DNA of 64,000 nucleotides, taken from NCBI RefSeq assembly GCF_009914755.1, contig NC_060947.1; one strand, given 5' to 3'. Shown piece by piece: positions 27,620 to 49,381 of this stretch. The translations under genes and the position numbers were made by a program. The notes beneath the pieces are model-generated. The model saw only the letters and a list, made by a program, of their open reading frames with translations. It was not told where the DNA came from and did no database searches. Source of the DNA: the human T2T-CHM13v2.0 reference genome, Homo sapiens. Every line of letters starts with the position of its first letter. Position 1 is the stretch's first letter.

Positions 27620-28209
27620 TGAGTAGCTAGGACTACAGGTGCTCACCACCACGCCCAGCTAATTTTTGTGTTTTTAGTAGAGATGGGGTTTCATCAGTTG
27701 GCCAGGATGGTCTCGATCTCTTGACCTCGTGATCCGCCCTCCTGAGCCTCCCAAAGTGCTGGGATTACGGGTGTAAACCACCGCGCCCAGCTCAGATTAT
27801 TTTTTAAACTAGACCAAAGAGGCAGACTTTTTAGCAATTTACATCCTGCCTGTTTTGCATACTCCACAAAATCTCACCCCACATCTGTTGACAATAGATA
27901 AGCCCTGGGCCATAAAGACCCCAAGCCTCTGCTGCCCTTCTGAGCTCTCTGACCCAATAACTCCACACTGCGGGCTGAGCAACATCACCTAGACACGTAA
28001 GTCCCCTCTCTGACCCCCATCTCCCCTAAGAATTCCTTGCCTTCCTTCCCTTCTGAGTAACCTCTATACAGACTCCTGCTGTGAGGGACTTCTGCCACAT
28101 ACAAGCCTGTCGATGCACCACCCACTAAAGTTGTGTATGCTACTGCCACCTCATGATAATATCATTCCTCCATCAGTCCCCAAATCCCTCAAACCTCCTA
28201 CATCTCTGG

Positions 28210-31557
<3,348 letters not shown>

Positions 31558-31784
31558 GTATTCCCTACTAGGTTTTCCACGAAACAAACAAAATAGAAAA
31601 AAGAAAACAATTGAAAAACATGCATCAGAGAAATTTAGAGAGAATAAAGAGATTAATAAGTTCGAGACCAGCCCAGCCAACAAGTTCAAGACCAGCCTGG
31701 CCAACATGGTGAAACCCCATCTCTACTAAAAAATGCAAAAATTAGCCGAGCGTGGTAGAAGGCACCTATAAACCCAGCTACTCA

Positions 31785-31931
<147 letters not shown>

Positions 31932-33173
31932 TCATATGACCTTACTTCTGTATAAACTGCACATTTGTCTGTGAAAAGGGCAAACATCATCAGCTACATG
32001 ATTTCATTCTCCATAAAGAGAAAATAGGTCAACTTCTTAGGAAGTAAAAATTTCCAGGCCAGGTGTGGTGGCTCATGCCTGTAATCCCAGCATTTTGGGA
32101 GACCTAGGCAGGCGGATCACCTGAGGTCAGGTGTTAGAGACTACCCCATCTCTATTAAAAATACAAAAAATTAGCCGGGTGTGGTGGCATGCACCTGTAA
32201 TCCCAGCTACTCAGGAGGCTGAGGTAGGAGAACCGCTTGAACCTGGGAGGTGGAGGTTGCAGTGAGCCAAGATTGACTCACTGCACTCCAGCCTGGGCAA
32301 CAGAGTGAGACTCCATCTTAAAAAAAAAAAAAAAAAAAGCAAAAACAAACAAACAAAAAAAAACAACCCCCCCCCAAAAAAAAACAGGCACTTAGGCCTA
32401 ATAAATGTTATTGTTGATTCTTTCTAAAGGTCAGTAGTGATTTTCAGCTCAGGACTCTCTCAATGAAACTGTTTTTAAATTTTTCTGGTAGATGCTTGCA
32501 GAGCAGAGAGTGGGATTTCCTGGTTTTCTATGGCTTCTTTGCTGTTGTCTCTGTATGTGAGTTCATACCCAACTCAAGGCAAATTCCTTCTCCTATACTC
32601 TTCCACTAGAAAAGTCTTTATTATTATTTTCTCCCTACAAATATGATCTACATGTGGAGCAAAATATGTAAACAACATAAATACGTAAACACTAGGAAAG
32701 GAAAAGCCTCTATAAATGGACAAGGAAAATCCTCCATAATCTAACTTCTGACTCCCAACTCAACCTAACCATGATTATCTGGCTTGAAATAAAGCCTAAC
32801 AGGCTTTATTTACTACGCATATAATCCTGTCTATCTGTGTGTTGTTTTGTGTAAAATGAGTGTGCTGTTCATTATATTCTGTATTTTCCTTGACAAAAAA
32901 AATCTGCTATATACTGTGTCTTGCAATTTGCTTCGTTCATGGTAGATTTCAGCATAATTTGAAAAAAAAAGTTTATAAAGGAAAACCTACCAATCTTCTC
33001 TCTTATGAAATCTAGATTTTCTGTAATGCTTTAAAAGGGCTTCCCCACAAAGAATTTATAAGCAAAAGATTATCTTGTTTCTCTTGTGTTTCTCTTATTA
33101 CTTTTACAGTTTCAATATGTTAGGTTTAAATTTTTGTCATGTGGAACTTTTTATGTAAGGTTTCTTCTTTTAC

Positions 33174-33548
33174 TGAGGAAAGAGACCACCACTTCCCCTG
33201 CTGCCTTCCTCTCCCCTTGTCTTGCCTAGTTTATAAGACAAGAGGAAAGGGAGAAAACAAAAAGTTGGAAAGAAACAAAAGTAAGATAAATGGCCAGACG
33301 ACCTTGGCACCACCATCTGGCCTTGGTGGTTAAAAATAATAATCATCACGTTCTCCATGGTTGCCTGATCTTTCATGACCCTTTCACGTGGATCCTTTAG
33401 AGTTGTAAGCCCTTAAAAAGGCCTTTTTTCTTTTTTGAGGAGCTCAGCTCTCAAGACGTAAGTCTGCCGAAGCTCCCAGCCGAATAAAGCCCCCTTACTT
33501 CTTTAACCCGGTGTCTGAGGAGTTTTGTCTGTGGCTCGTCCTGCTACA
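33174..33548 (+). mobile_element. Solo LTR2B-like (HERV-E group) LTR
   Basis: TGAGGAAAGAGACCAC...AATAAAGCC...GCTCGTCCTGCTACA, with 4-bp TSD TTAC. Confidence 0.8.
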
Positions 33549-33723
33549 TTACAACTTCTGTAGTTTCTGGATTTTTAAAATGTTTACCTTTTTGTTACAT
33601 CTGGAATTTATTTCATGTATGGTATGAAATAGGTAGAAGGCCCAGTGGGTAAGGCTCCAACTATTTTTTTCTGATGGCTACTCAGTATTGAATAATCTTT
33701 CTTCCAGGTACATGAAATGTCAC

Positions 33724-34084
33724 TGTATTAGTCTGTTCTCACACTGCTATGAAGAAATACCCAAGATTGGGTAGTTTATAAAGGAAAGAGGTTCAATTGA
33801 CTCTGCAGCGCTGGGGAGGCCTCAGGAAACTTACAATCATGGCAGAAGGGAAAGCAAACACATCCTTCTTTGCATGGCAGCAGCAAGGAGGAGTGCAGCG
33901 TGGAGGGGAAAGCCCCTTATAAAACCATCAGATCTCATGAGAACTCACTATCATGAAAACAGCATGGAGGTAACCGCCCCCATGATTCAATTACCTCCTA
34001 CCAGGTCCCTCCCACTACACATGGGGATTATGTGAACTACACCTCAAGATGAGATTTGGGTGGGAACACAGCCAAACCATATCA
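33724..34084 (-). mobile_element. MaLR solo LTR (MSTA/THE1-like)
   Basis: TGTATTAGTCTGTTCTCACACTGCTA...GCCAAACCATATCA, with 5-bp TSD GTCAC. Confidence 0.9.
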
Positions 34085-35348
34085 GTCACTTATGTTTGTA
34101 AATTCTCACTTGTATTTTGTTCTCTTTCTGGTCTCTATTCTCTTTCAATGACTACTCTGCTAATGGCATTTATAAAGGAAAGAGGTTCAATTGACTCTGC
34201 AGTGCTAATGGCAGAGTAGTCATTCCCTAACAGCCTCAGAAAAAAACTAGCCCTTCCAAAACCTTGATTTTAGACTTCTGGCCTCCAGAACTGTGAGATA
34301 ATACATTTCTATCTTTTAAACAACTCAGTCTATGGTACTTTATTATGGCAGCCCTAGCAAACAAGCACACCTTCTTTTGTTACTTTAAATGTGTACTTTT
34401 TTTTTTTTTGAGACATAGTCTCACTCTGTCATCCAGGCTGGAGTACAATCATGGCTCACTGCAGCCTTAACTTCTGAGGTTCAAGCAATCCTCCTACCTC
34501 AGCCTCCTGAGTAGCTAGGACTACAGGTGCATACCACCAGGCCTGGCTAATTTTTTTATTTTTCATAGAGATGGGGTCTCATTATGTTATCCAGTCTGAT
34601 CTTGAACTCCTGGCCTCAAGTCATCCTCTCACCTTGGCCTCCCAAAGTGCTGGGATTACAGGTGTGAGCCACCATACCCAGCCTATACTAAACGGTCTAT
34701 GTCTAATAACTTCTATATCTGAAGTTGTATAGGTTTGACTGTCGTTTTTTATGAATCTTGCTAATAGTGTTTTGTGTCTTGTTATCTTGTGTGCACTCTG
34801 AGTTTTTACACTGTGGGTTCCTATATTTTGAAATTTTATCTGTGGGTTGAAAGGTGGCTTACACCAAAGTGGATTTATGTTTACTTCTCTCAGGCATCTT
34901 GGGTCACTACAACCTGGGACCATTTCAAGTAAATCCTTGAGGTGTTTTGCTGATACACTGGAGATGTGACTTGAGGCTGCAAAGAAGCATGATGGCAGCT
35001 AATCCTCTGGCTCAGGGCTTTTGTACTTGCTATTCCCTCTGCCTGGCATGACCTACTTCAAATCCTCCTTCACTTCCTTTGGATCTCTGCTCAAATGGCA
35101 CCCTATTATTGAGACCTTCCCTGCCCACCCCACATCCACAGGTGATTCCTTGTTCCCCTATCTTGATTTACTTTCATTCATCACCAGAGGATGAATACTT
35201 ATACACACAGACACACACATGCACACAACAGAAACGTATAACTATCTATGTATCACCTTTTTATTATCCATGTCCCCACAAAGCAGGAACTATTTTTTCT
35301 GCTTTGTTCACTGTAGAATACTCAAAATAGGCTGGGCGTGGTGGCTCA

Positions 35349-35645
<297 letters not shown>

Positions 35646-35829
35646 TCAATGGGGTCTGCCATGCAGTACATGCTCAACAAAGGTTTGCTGAACATGAAAA
35701 AACAATGTCTGGCCGGGCACAGTGGCTCACGCCTGTAATCCCAGCACTTTGGGAGGCCAAGGTGGGCGGATCACGAGGTCAGGAGATCGAGACCATCCTG
35801 ACTAACACGGTGAAAGCCCATCTCTACTA

Positions 35830-36051
<222 letters not shown>

Positions 36052-37941
36052 TTAGGAAATTCTTCACTGTTCCTGTGGCTTGCTGCAAAGCACTGACTTC
36101 ACAGGAAATCAGACCGCAGAAGCTCGGCCACAGCAACCTCAACAAAACAGACACTCCACTGTCTGAGTCTGCTCAGGCTGCTATAACAAAGATACCATAA
36201 ACTGAGTAACTTATAAACAACAGAAATTTCTTTATTACGACTCTAGAGGCTGACAAATCCAATATCAAGGTGCCAGCAGATTTGGTGTCTGGCGAGGGCC
36301 CATTTATCATTGATGGCATCTCCTTGATGTATCCTCACATGGTGGAAGGGGCAAACAAGCTCCGTCAGGCCTCTATTATTAGGTCACTAATCCCATTCAT
36401 GAGGGCAGAACCCTTGAGATCAAATCACCTCCCAAAGGCCCCACCTTCTAATATCATCACTTTGGTAATTAGGTTTCAAAATATGAATTTTGGGAGTACA
36501 CAAACGCATCCACTATTGCTACCCCTTCACTTTGAGAGTATCTGCCAAACCAAGATTACTGAAGCTGCAATTCTCAAGAACATGGCCTGCTCAAGGTGGG
36601 TAAAGACTGCTGACATAAATCTGGGAACAAAAATGGCTTCAGTTTCAGTGAAAGAATGAGCTTGAAATAAAACCACCTCTGCCCAAGGGACTGTGCTATG
36701 GTTTGAATGTGTCCCTTCCAAAATTCAGATGCTGTCAATGTGCTAGTATTAAGATGGGCCTTTAAGAGGTGATTGGGTCACAAGGGCTGCTCCCTCCTTA
36801 ATGGATTAATGCCCTTTTAAAAGAAGATTCACGAAGTGTTCAGTTAGCTCACTAGCTTATTAGCTTGCCCTTCTGCCTTCTGCCATGTGAGGACATGGCA
36901 AGAAGGCCCTCACCAGCCCAAATGCTAGTGTCTTGATCTTGGACTTCCCACCCTCCACAATAGTAGGAAATAAACTTCTATGCTTCATAAATTACCAATA
37001 TTAGGCATTCTGTTGTAGAGGTACAAAGTGAACTGAGATAAACGATAAGGGAATCATCCATCTAAAATCTTGGCACTAAGTGGAAAGGTAAAAATGCCCT
37101 CTGAACATTTATAGCCACTGGCCTACCATCATGCTTCTTTGCAGCTTAAACTCCCACCTTCCAGGTATTATGGGTTATCAAGATTAAGGATATCAGGATT
37201 ATGCTTAGCTTCCTGAAAACCCACTGGGAGACTCCCTCTCTTTGTTATACCCTGGAACAAAAGTAACACATCTAAAACAGTACAAGTGAAATCAGGACCA
37301 CAAGATGAAGGGTCAAAAGACAATAAAGCAATGAAAACAGGATGCACAACAGGAAATATGCTGGGAGTCCTAAGACCAAATAGATTTGTTATACTGACAA
37401 ACAAAATTGGGCTGAACAACAGAATTTACCTACTGAAAAACAGAATACTCTCAGATTGGACCACAATGTCTAAAGTAGTTCTCAGATTAAGATACATAAT
37501 CCAAATATACCTATAATAAACCAGAAAGAGTGAGATTAATTGAATTATACATTAAACTAAAGAAGTTAGAAAAAGAAAAAAAATTAAAAGCAGATGGAAG
37601 GATTTTAGTGAAATAAAAGCATAAATGCATAATTAGAAAATAGAAAAACGGCAAAAAATGCATGAACTGCAACACAGGTGAGGGAGAGTAAAAGAAATAA
37701 AATATTAGCATTTATTTACCTAATTGAGGGAAAAAATCACAAATACACTCTATGAGAACTATGTTGGAGAAATAACCACAGATATAAAGGAAATTAATCA
37801 TGAGACTACTTTACCCAAAATTATGCAAATATATTAAGAACCTTGAGGAAATACATGATTTTTAAAAATTACAAAGAGTCCATATTTCTACATCTATATA
37901 TTGATATATCAATATCTCAATCTAAATGCATATATAGGTCA

Positions 37942-38250
<309 letters not shown>

Positions 38251-38399
38251 CTAAACAGAAAAATATGGAAAAAATAGAGAAAGATGACAAAGAGATACCC
38301 TTCAAATAATGCACCATGCCCAAATAAATTCACAAGAGAATTCTATAAAGCATTTAATGACCAAACAACACCAAAGTAGTGCTAATTCTTCCAGATACA

Positions 38400-38405
38400 T
38401 TTATT
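38400..38405 (-). promoter_or_regulatory. Candidate polyadenylation signal AATAAA of ZNF630
   Basis: TTTATT on the plus strand about 225 nt past the stop codon. Confidence 0.55.
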
Positions 38406-38630
38406 CTGTGAAGAGGGCTGAGACAGTTTGAGGGTGAGCAAATTGATTCCATATTTGTGGGGTTGAAAATATTCTGAGGGCCTAAGCAGATCATTCTGTG
38501 GAAGGGTAATCATGTATACTGAGGAACATATTAGTCTATTCTACAGTTGAGAAGTTGTCACTATTTCTATTCAATGTGAGTTTTCCCATAGACAATGAGG
38601 ACTGACTTCTGGGAATAGGCCTTCCCACAA

Positions 38631-40391
<1,761 letters not shown>

Positions 40392-40395
40392 TCAA

Positions 40396-40398
<3 letters not shown>

Positions 40399-40434
<36 letters not shown>
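40399..40434. repeat. (CA)18 microsatellite in the last ZNF630 intron
   Basis: Read directly from the sequence. Confidence 0.97.
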
Positions 40435-40437
<3 letters not shown>

Positions 40438-40596
40438 CAGTTGGCAATGAACAGAGGTACTAGGAAGGTGGCTGTTGTAGAATGAATGTTATAAAGGAGG
40501 CCTGATAAATTTTAAGGAAGAAAAAAGGTAACGGATGTCAGAGATGTCAAGGAAGAAGAAGATGCCCGCTTGACCATGTACCCAATTCTCACTTAC

Positions 40597-40692
40597 CTGG
40601 GTAGATCCACCTTGACAACTCATTCTCTATGATCCATGGGTCCTTTCCATGTTCCAACTTAAAGATTACATCTGGTTTTATACCTGAACACC
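40597..40692 (-). CDS. ZNF630: KRAB-B exon (96 bp): GCSGIKPDVIFKLEHGKDPWIIENELSRWIYP
   Basis: Acceptor cttaacAG|GG at 40693/40692 and donor CCAG|GTAAGT at 40597/40596. Typical KRAB-B motif KPDVI..LE.G..PW; phases are compatible. Confidence 0.95.
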
Positions 40693-40939
40693 CTGTTAAG
40701 AGAAAATTGTAGTGGCTTTGGCCTTGGCAGCTCAGAAATTCATGAAGAGAAGCACTTGCAGGGGCCTCCCAGCAAAGTTGGATCCTTAACTCACACCATA
40801 ACATAAAAATAAATTCTAGATATAACAAAAGTATAAACATGAAAAACCAAAACTATAAAAGAACACACTCTATTAAAGGAATATCATAAAGGTCATGGTA
40901 TTGACAGCACTAAAGGAAGGATGAGGAGGATTTGATTCA

Positions 40940-41092
<153 letters not shown>

Positions 41093-41720
41093 CTATAACA
41101 GCACATTCCTGTACAATCTGCTCGTTCTGGTCATTTTTACCATAGCAGTACATGTAGGATGCCTACTTTGCACTTTGCCCAGCATACTTTATGAGAGAAA
41201 CAATGTAAAACCCTGCCATTAGCAAGAATAGTTAGTGGAACAGAACAGACAGTCTAGAAATAGATACAAATAAAAATGGGAAATTTAATATATAATAAAG
41301 GTAGCATTTTAAACAGGAATGGAAAAACAGACTATTCAAAACTGGAGAGCTATCAGAAAAAAATTAACTGGATTCCCTACCTCACACTATATACAAAAAT
41401 AAATTCATGACAAAAATTTAAATGAAAAAAGAGAAACTATAAAATAAAGACAGGAGAGGTTTTAAAAAATAATCTTTGAGTGGAGAAGACTCTTCTAAGC
41501 ATGCCCCAAAACCCAGATGCCACAAATGAAAACACTGATAAATGTGACTACTTTATGTATTACATGGCAAAATATATCAAACAAACTCAAAGGATATGAC
41601 TAACTAGGGAAAAAATATACACATAACAGATAGGATGGACAAAGAGTTAATTTCCTCCATGTATAGAGAGAGCTCCTACAAAGCAAGAAGAAAAAGACCA
41701 ATAACTTTTTAAAAAATGGT

Positions 41721-42074
41721 TGATATGGTTTGACTCTGTTTCCCCACCCAAATCTCATTTTGAATTGCAATCCCCACTTGTCAAGTGAAGGAGGTGATTG
41801 AATCATGGAGGCAGTTTCCCCCATGCTGTTCTCATAATAGTGAGTGAGTTCTCACAAGATCTAATGGTATTATAAGCGTCTGGCATTTCCCTTGCTGGCA
41901 CTTCTCTCTCCTGCCACCATGTGAAGAAGGTCCTTGCTTCCCCTTCCACCATGATTGTAAGTTTCCTGAGGCTTCCCCACCCCCGTGGAACTGTGAGTCA
42001 ATTAAACCTCTCTCCTTTATAAATTACCCAGTCTTGGGTATTTCTTTATAGTGACATGAGAACAGACTAATACG
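41721..42074 (+). mobile_element. MaLR solo LTR (MST/THE1-like) in an L1M fragment within a ZNF630 intron
   Basis: TGATATGGTTTG...GACTAATACG, with 5-bp TSD ATGGT. Confidence 0.9.
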
Positions 42075-43089
42075 ATGGTCAAGGGACATGACCATCATTT
42101 CACAGAAAATAAAATGCAAATGTTTTTTAAACATGTAAAAAGATGCTCAACTTCACTCACATGAAGATAAATGCAAACTAAGACAAGACAGCATTTTTCC
42201 CTTACATATTATCAAAGATGGGTGTTTGATAAGTCACTGGTCAAATGCTATGACTAGGGATAAGTCACAGTGACTTAGGGTAAGTTAGTGAAGATGTCAA
42301 GAAGCAGGCATACTCAAATTGTCTGTGGTGTATGGTATATTTTGAAGGCAATTAATTTGGCAATATCTATCCAAATTTATAATGTATACATCCTCTGACT
42401 CGCAATTTGGTTTCTAGAAGTTATTCTACATAAACATTCACTTATGTGAGCAAATGACATGTGTGAAGACACTGCTCTACAGTACTATTTATAATAGCAA
42501 AAGAATGGAAACCACCTCATGGGAGATTGGATGAATAAATAATGCTACAATCTCCATAAGGGAATACTATATGCAATTATAAAAAGCAACAAAGAAGGGG
42601 CCAGATGTGGTGGCTCACGCCTGTAATCCCAGCCCTTGGGGAGGCAGGGGCAGGTGGATGACTTGAGGTCAGGAATTCAAGACCAGCCTGGCCAACATGG
42701 CGAAACCCCGTCTCTACTAAAAATACAAAAATTAGCCGAGCATGGTGGTGCATGCCTGTAGTCCCAGCTACTCAGGCGGCTGAGGCAGGAGACTTGCTTG
42801 AACCCAGGAGGCGGAGGATGCAGTGAGCCGAGACTGTGCCACTGCACTCAAGCCTGGGCGACAGACTGAGACTCTGTCTCAAAAACAAACAAACAACCAG
42901 CCTGGGCAACATGGCAAAACCCTGTCTCTACAAAAAATTAGCCGGGTGTGGTGGCACACACCTATAGTCCCAGCTACTAGGGAGGCTGAGGTGAGAGGAT
43001 TACCTGAGCCTGGGAGGTCAAGGCTGCAGTGAGGCAAGATAGTGCCACTGCACTCTAGCCTGGGCAACTGGGGTGAAACCCTGTCTCAA

Positions 43090-43121
<32 letters not shown>

Positions 43122-43732
43122 GGAGGGAGGGAGGGAGGGAGGGAGGGAGGAAGGAAGGAAGGAAGGCAGGCAGGCAACAAGGAAGATCTATATTAATTGA
43201 TATGCCACAATATCTAAGATACACTGTTAAGTGAAAATAAACATTCATTCACTCAGCAAGCAGTTATTGAGTACCTAGCGAATACCAAGCACTATTCTAG
43301 GAACTGGGGATACAGCAGGAAAAAAAACCTGGCAAAAATACCTTCCCTGAAGGAGTTTGTATTCTAGTGAGGGGAGACAGACAAAAAGGTTGAGAGAAAA
43401 ATCACTACCTGGCCAAAAAAAAAAAAAAAAAAGTTTGCAATGTGCACTTCAAAATCACTCATATACAAAAAGCTCCTGGGAAACCATAAGCAAAGACAAG
43501 GAAAGAGGGATTCACAGAGAAATACAATATGGAAAATAAATATGTGAAAAGATGCTGAAGCTTATTTAATCCCTATAGAAAAGCAAATGAAAATGAGATA
43601 TAATGCTTAATCATAAAAACAACAAGAATGAAAAAAACAGATGATGGCTAATGGTGGCAGGAGGGAGGGGGAACCTTGGGAAACAGGTGGGCTTTCTTGT
43701 AAACAATTTGGGGCCACATGTTCAGCTGATTA

Positions 43733-44143
<411 letters not shown>

Positions 44144-44536
44144 TCACAAATATAAAAAGATATCTTTATATGGTTGTTTTATTTGTGACTTCACTGCTTG
44201 AGAGGTCTGGTTAGGTCATGTACTAGCTGTGTGATCTCTGTGCCTCATTTTCTTCATCTGAAAAATGGGAATAACAATGGTACCTAGCACAGAGGGTTCC
44301 TGGGTGAATTAAATAAGTTAATCCCACGATATTTTATAATAGCAGTGCCTGGCACATGATAAGCACTGAGTAAATAGTAGCTATGATTCTTCTTATTATT
44401 ATTACTACTGTATATAAAAGAAAAACTAGAAATAACTTTTTTACAGCCCATCAACAAGGTTCTGGTATCCTGCAAACATTAAATGGACATTTAATGGACA
44501 TTAATTTGACAATGTACATCAGTAGACAATGTAGAT

Positions 44537-45177
44537 CAGGACATAGCAAACTATAGCCTGCAGGCCAAATTTAGCCCATCATGTGTTTTTCAATGGCCCA
44601 CAAGCTAAACTGGTTTTACACGTTTTCTTTTGAGACAGTCTTGCTCTATCAGCCAAGCTGGAGTACAGTGGAACAGTCTTGATTCACTGCAACCTCCTCC
44701 TCCCGGGCTCAAGTGATTCTCCTACATCAGCCTCCTGAGTAGCTGGGACCACAGGCGCATGCCACCATGCCTGGTTAATTTTTGTATTTTTTTGTAGAGA
44801 TGCGGTTTCGCCATGCTGCCCAGGCTGGTCTAGAACTCCTGAGCTCAAGCAATCCGCCCACCTTGGCCTCCCAAAGTGCTGGGATTATAGGCGTGAATAG
44901 CTAGCTGTATCTGGTCTGGTTTTTACATTTTTAATGATTGAAAAAAAAGTCAAAAGAAGAATATTTTATGACACATGAAAATTATATGAAATCCAACCTT
45001 CAGCATCCATAAATAAAGTGTTATTGAATCACAGCCAGGCTCATTGGTTTACATATTGTCAATAGCTGCTTTCTACCTAAAACAGCAGATTTGAATAGTT
45101 GCAACAGGGGCCGTATGGCCCACAAAGCCTCAGATACTTCGATCTGTCCCTCTACAGAAAAAGTTTGCTGACCCCTG
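44537..45177. mobile_element. MER58-like hAT DNA transposon relic split by an Alu (related pieces at about 48495-48842)
   Basis: Ends CAGG..GCAAACTATAGCC and AAAGTTTGCTGACCCCTG. Confidence 0.7.
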
Positions 45178-45349
45178 ACTTAGAGGAACTGGACAAATTA
45201 CTTGAAAATTACAATTTACCAAACCAGACATAAAAAGAAATAGAAAATCTGAATGGTAGTATATCTTTTAAATAAATTGAATATGTAATTTAAAACCTTC
45301 CCACAAAGAAAACTCCATACCCTGATGGCTTCACTGGGGAGCTCTTTCA

Positions 45350-45514
<165 letters not shown>

Positions 45515-45554
45515 TCAAGGCTGCAGTGAGGCAAGATAGTGCCACTGCACTCTA

Positions 45555-45978
<424 letters not shown>

Positions 45979-47027
45979 TTACAGGCCCTTATGTCTTATG
46001 AACACAGTAGTATAAACCCTAAACAAAATATTAACAAGGGATTGGCTAGATCATGATGATGATGACGATAGGAGTAGGTGGGGATGAAAGATAGATAAAA
46101 CAAGCTTGGTTATCAGTTGATAATATTTGCAGATGGGTAATTACAAAAGGGTTCACTAAAATCTCTACTTTCGTATATATTTTATATTAGGCAAGAAAAG
46201 AAAGTAGCAGAACGGAATAGAAACAGTGTGTGTATTTTTTGTGTGTGGTAAAGAAAAAATACATGACAATAATGAGATCACTTTCACACATTTACACATC
46301 CATCTACACACATAGATGGAGTTATAAATGCATAAAGAAAAGAGATCCTCCTCAAACCAGATAATCCTAGTTATGTCGGGGAAGGAGGAAGAAGTAAGAT
46401 TGGAGATATTTCACTTCCTTTTTTTTTTTAAACTATATTGTTTACATTCTTTGCCCCATGTATAGATTACCTTTTCAGGGAGAAAAAAAAAAAACGACTA
46501 AAATTGGAAGAGCAGAGAAGGAACTGCCTTGAGTTGGGTTGAGACCCCACAAACTCTGAGATGACAGCAAAGGAGCCATGGAAAACAAGGAAACTATCCC
46601 ACTCTCCAAGCCCCTGCCAGAGAACTTTAACTAAAAACAGTCTCTTTAGAACAACTACTGACAATACCACCCTGGACTGAAAACCACTGACCTTCAGGAA
46701 AACTCAGTAATAAAATTCCTCAAGTTAAAGTCCCAGAAATCTTGACTTGCTAAGGAGCTGGACTGATTTCTTTTTGTGGAGAATGCAAATCACATTATTG
46801 ATCATGTTATGTTACCCTTTTCACTGAAGCTGCCAGTCAAAATGTTTTGCTTATAGTCAAAATTTTAGCTAAGTTTCTATGAAGTAAGGCCAGGTGATCT
46901 GTGTATCTTCACAGCAATTTTGCCTGTTGATCATCTATTCTCTCTAAATTTCTCTAATCCTTATTTTCAACTAATTGCCCTTTCTCATTTTGTTGTGGGA
47001 AAACCAAGTGGCAAACAAATAACTTAC

Positions 47028-47042
47028 CTGGGACTCAATCAT
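47028..47042 (-). CDS. ZNF630: Start-codon exon, coding part MIESQ (candidate acceptor at 47217)
   Basis: Minus strand reads AAAATGATTGAGTCCCAG|GTAAGT, phase 0 into KRAB-A. Total CDS 15+127+96+1736=1974 nt (657 aa plus stop). The acceptor ttaccttAG at 47218 is inferred only. Confidence 0.88.
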
Positions 47043-48209
47043 TTTCTGTTTCTCTTTGGAAAGCAGTTGGGGGCGGGGTGGGGTGCAGAAGAGTCTTCGG
47101 AGATCAAGCTGAGTTAACCACTCTTCAACAGCTGGATGTGACAATGTGTTGCTTGTTAATTCATTGATGACTTGTGTTTCTCATCTGACTCGGTAATTCC
47201 ATTTCCGGAACTTCGTCCTAAGGTAATAATCATGGATATGTGCAGATATTTAACCACAGAAACCTTCAACACAGTTTTGTCTTTAACACCATATTATTGA
47301 AAATAACACAAATGCCCAGCACTAAAGACTGCTGCAAAGGCAGGCAGCCCTTAAAAGCAACACTCCAGATGATTCAAAAAGGTTCAGGAAACACCACCAG
47401 CAAATGTAAAGTATGGTCTTGTCTGGCTCTTTACTTGAATAAACAAAAGAAATTTTTGAGATAATCATGAAAGTTTGAACCCTGACTAGATATTTGATAA
47501 CATTAAGGAATTTAACCATTGATTATCTGAAGATATTATTGCTAATTATTTTACCTTAGGGTAACAGCATCAACCTTTAAGGCCTTATCTTTTTCATAAT
47601 GAAGCATGTATGGATGAAAATATGTGTCTGGGATTAGTTTCAAAATAATAAAGACTACCCATGTAAAAAGTCATTGAACTGCATACAGGCCGGGTGCGGT
47701 GGGCCAGCACGTTGGAAGGCCAAGGCGGGTGGATTGCCTGAGCTCAGGAATTGGAGACCAGCCTGAGCAACATGGCGAACCCCATCTCTACTAAAAAAAT
47801 GCAAAAAGCAGCCAGGCGTGGTGGTGCATGCTTGTAATCCCAGCATGTTGGGAGGCGGAGGTGGGCAAATTGCTTGAGCCCAGGAGTTGAAGACCAGCCT
47901 GGGCAACATAGGGAGACCCATCTCTACAAAAAATTAGCCTGGCGTGGCGGTGCACAGCTGTAAGCCCAGCACTTTGGGAGGCTGAGGCAGGCAGATGGCT
48001 TGAGCCCAGGAGTTCGAGACCAACCTGGTCAACATGGCAAAATTCGCCTCTACTAAAAATACAAAAATTAGCCAGGCGTAGTGGTGGGCGCCTGTATTCC
48101 CAGCTACTAGGGAGACTGAGACATGAGAATCACTTGAACCCAAGGAGGTGGCATTTGCAGTGAGCCGAGATTGAGCCACTGCACTTCAGCCTGGGCAACG
48201 AGCGAGTGA

Positions 48210-48460
48210 GGAAAGAGGAAAGAAAGGCAAGAAAGGCAGGAAGGAAGGCAGGAGGGAAGGCAGGAAGGAAGGCAGGACAGAAGGCAGGAAGGAAGGCAGG
48301 AAGGAAGGGAGGGAGGGAGGAAGAAGGAAGGAAGGAAGGAAGGAAGGAAGGAAAGAAAAGAAAAGAAAAGAAAAAAGAAAAGAAAAGAAAAGAAAAGAGG
48401 GAGGGAGGGAGAGAGGAAGGAAGGAAGGAAGGAAGGAAGGAAGAAAGGGAGGAAGGGCAT
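48210..48460. repeat. Purine-rich compound microsatellite (GGAA/GAAAA/GGCA) from an Alu tail; similar tracts at 43090-43176, 45586-45681 and 61110-61315
   Basis: Read directly from the sequence. Confidence 0.95.
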
Positions 48461-49021
48461 TCCGGGAGGAAGAAGTGAGGGGGTGGCCTAGATGAGGACT
48501 TGGCAAACTTTTTCTGTAGAAGGGTCATATGGTAAATGTTTTCAATTTTGTGGGTTCTGTGGTCTCTGCTGTAACTACTCAGCCCTGCCATTGCAGGTTG
48601 AAAGTAGCCCTAGACAATACATAAACTAAAGGTGTTCACTGGCTGTGTTCCAATTAAACATCATTTTTGGGCACTGACATTTGAATTTTATATCATTTTC
48701 ATGGGTCACAAAATATTCTCCATTTGATTTTTTTCCAATGATAAAAAGTGTGAAAAAACCATTTCTTAGCTCACGGCTGTATTTTTTTTTTTAAAAAGCA
48801 GCATGTCAGATTTGGCCCACTGCCCAGTTTTCCAGCCCCTGGTCTAGATAAAACAAGATGGGCCATGAGTTGATGACTGATGAGACTGGGTGGTGGGCAT
48901 AATGGGGTTCCATTATACAATTCCCTCTATTTTTGTGGATGCTTGAAAATTTCCATAAGAAAGGTTTATAGTTAAGTATTACCATAGAAATAAACCAAGT
49001 CGTACTACGGGAATTAAGTTA

Positions 49022-49381
<360 letters not shown>

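Noticed and set aside
48107-48591. Low-complexity ORFs (LPSF/RKEG repeats); similar at 45552-45963 and 61092-61394
   Set aside because: Translations of microsatellites.
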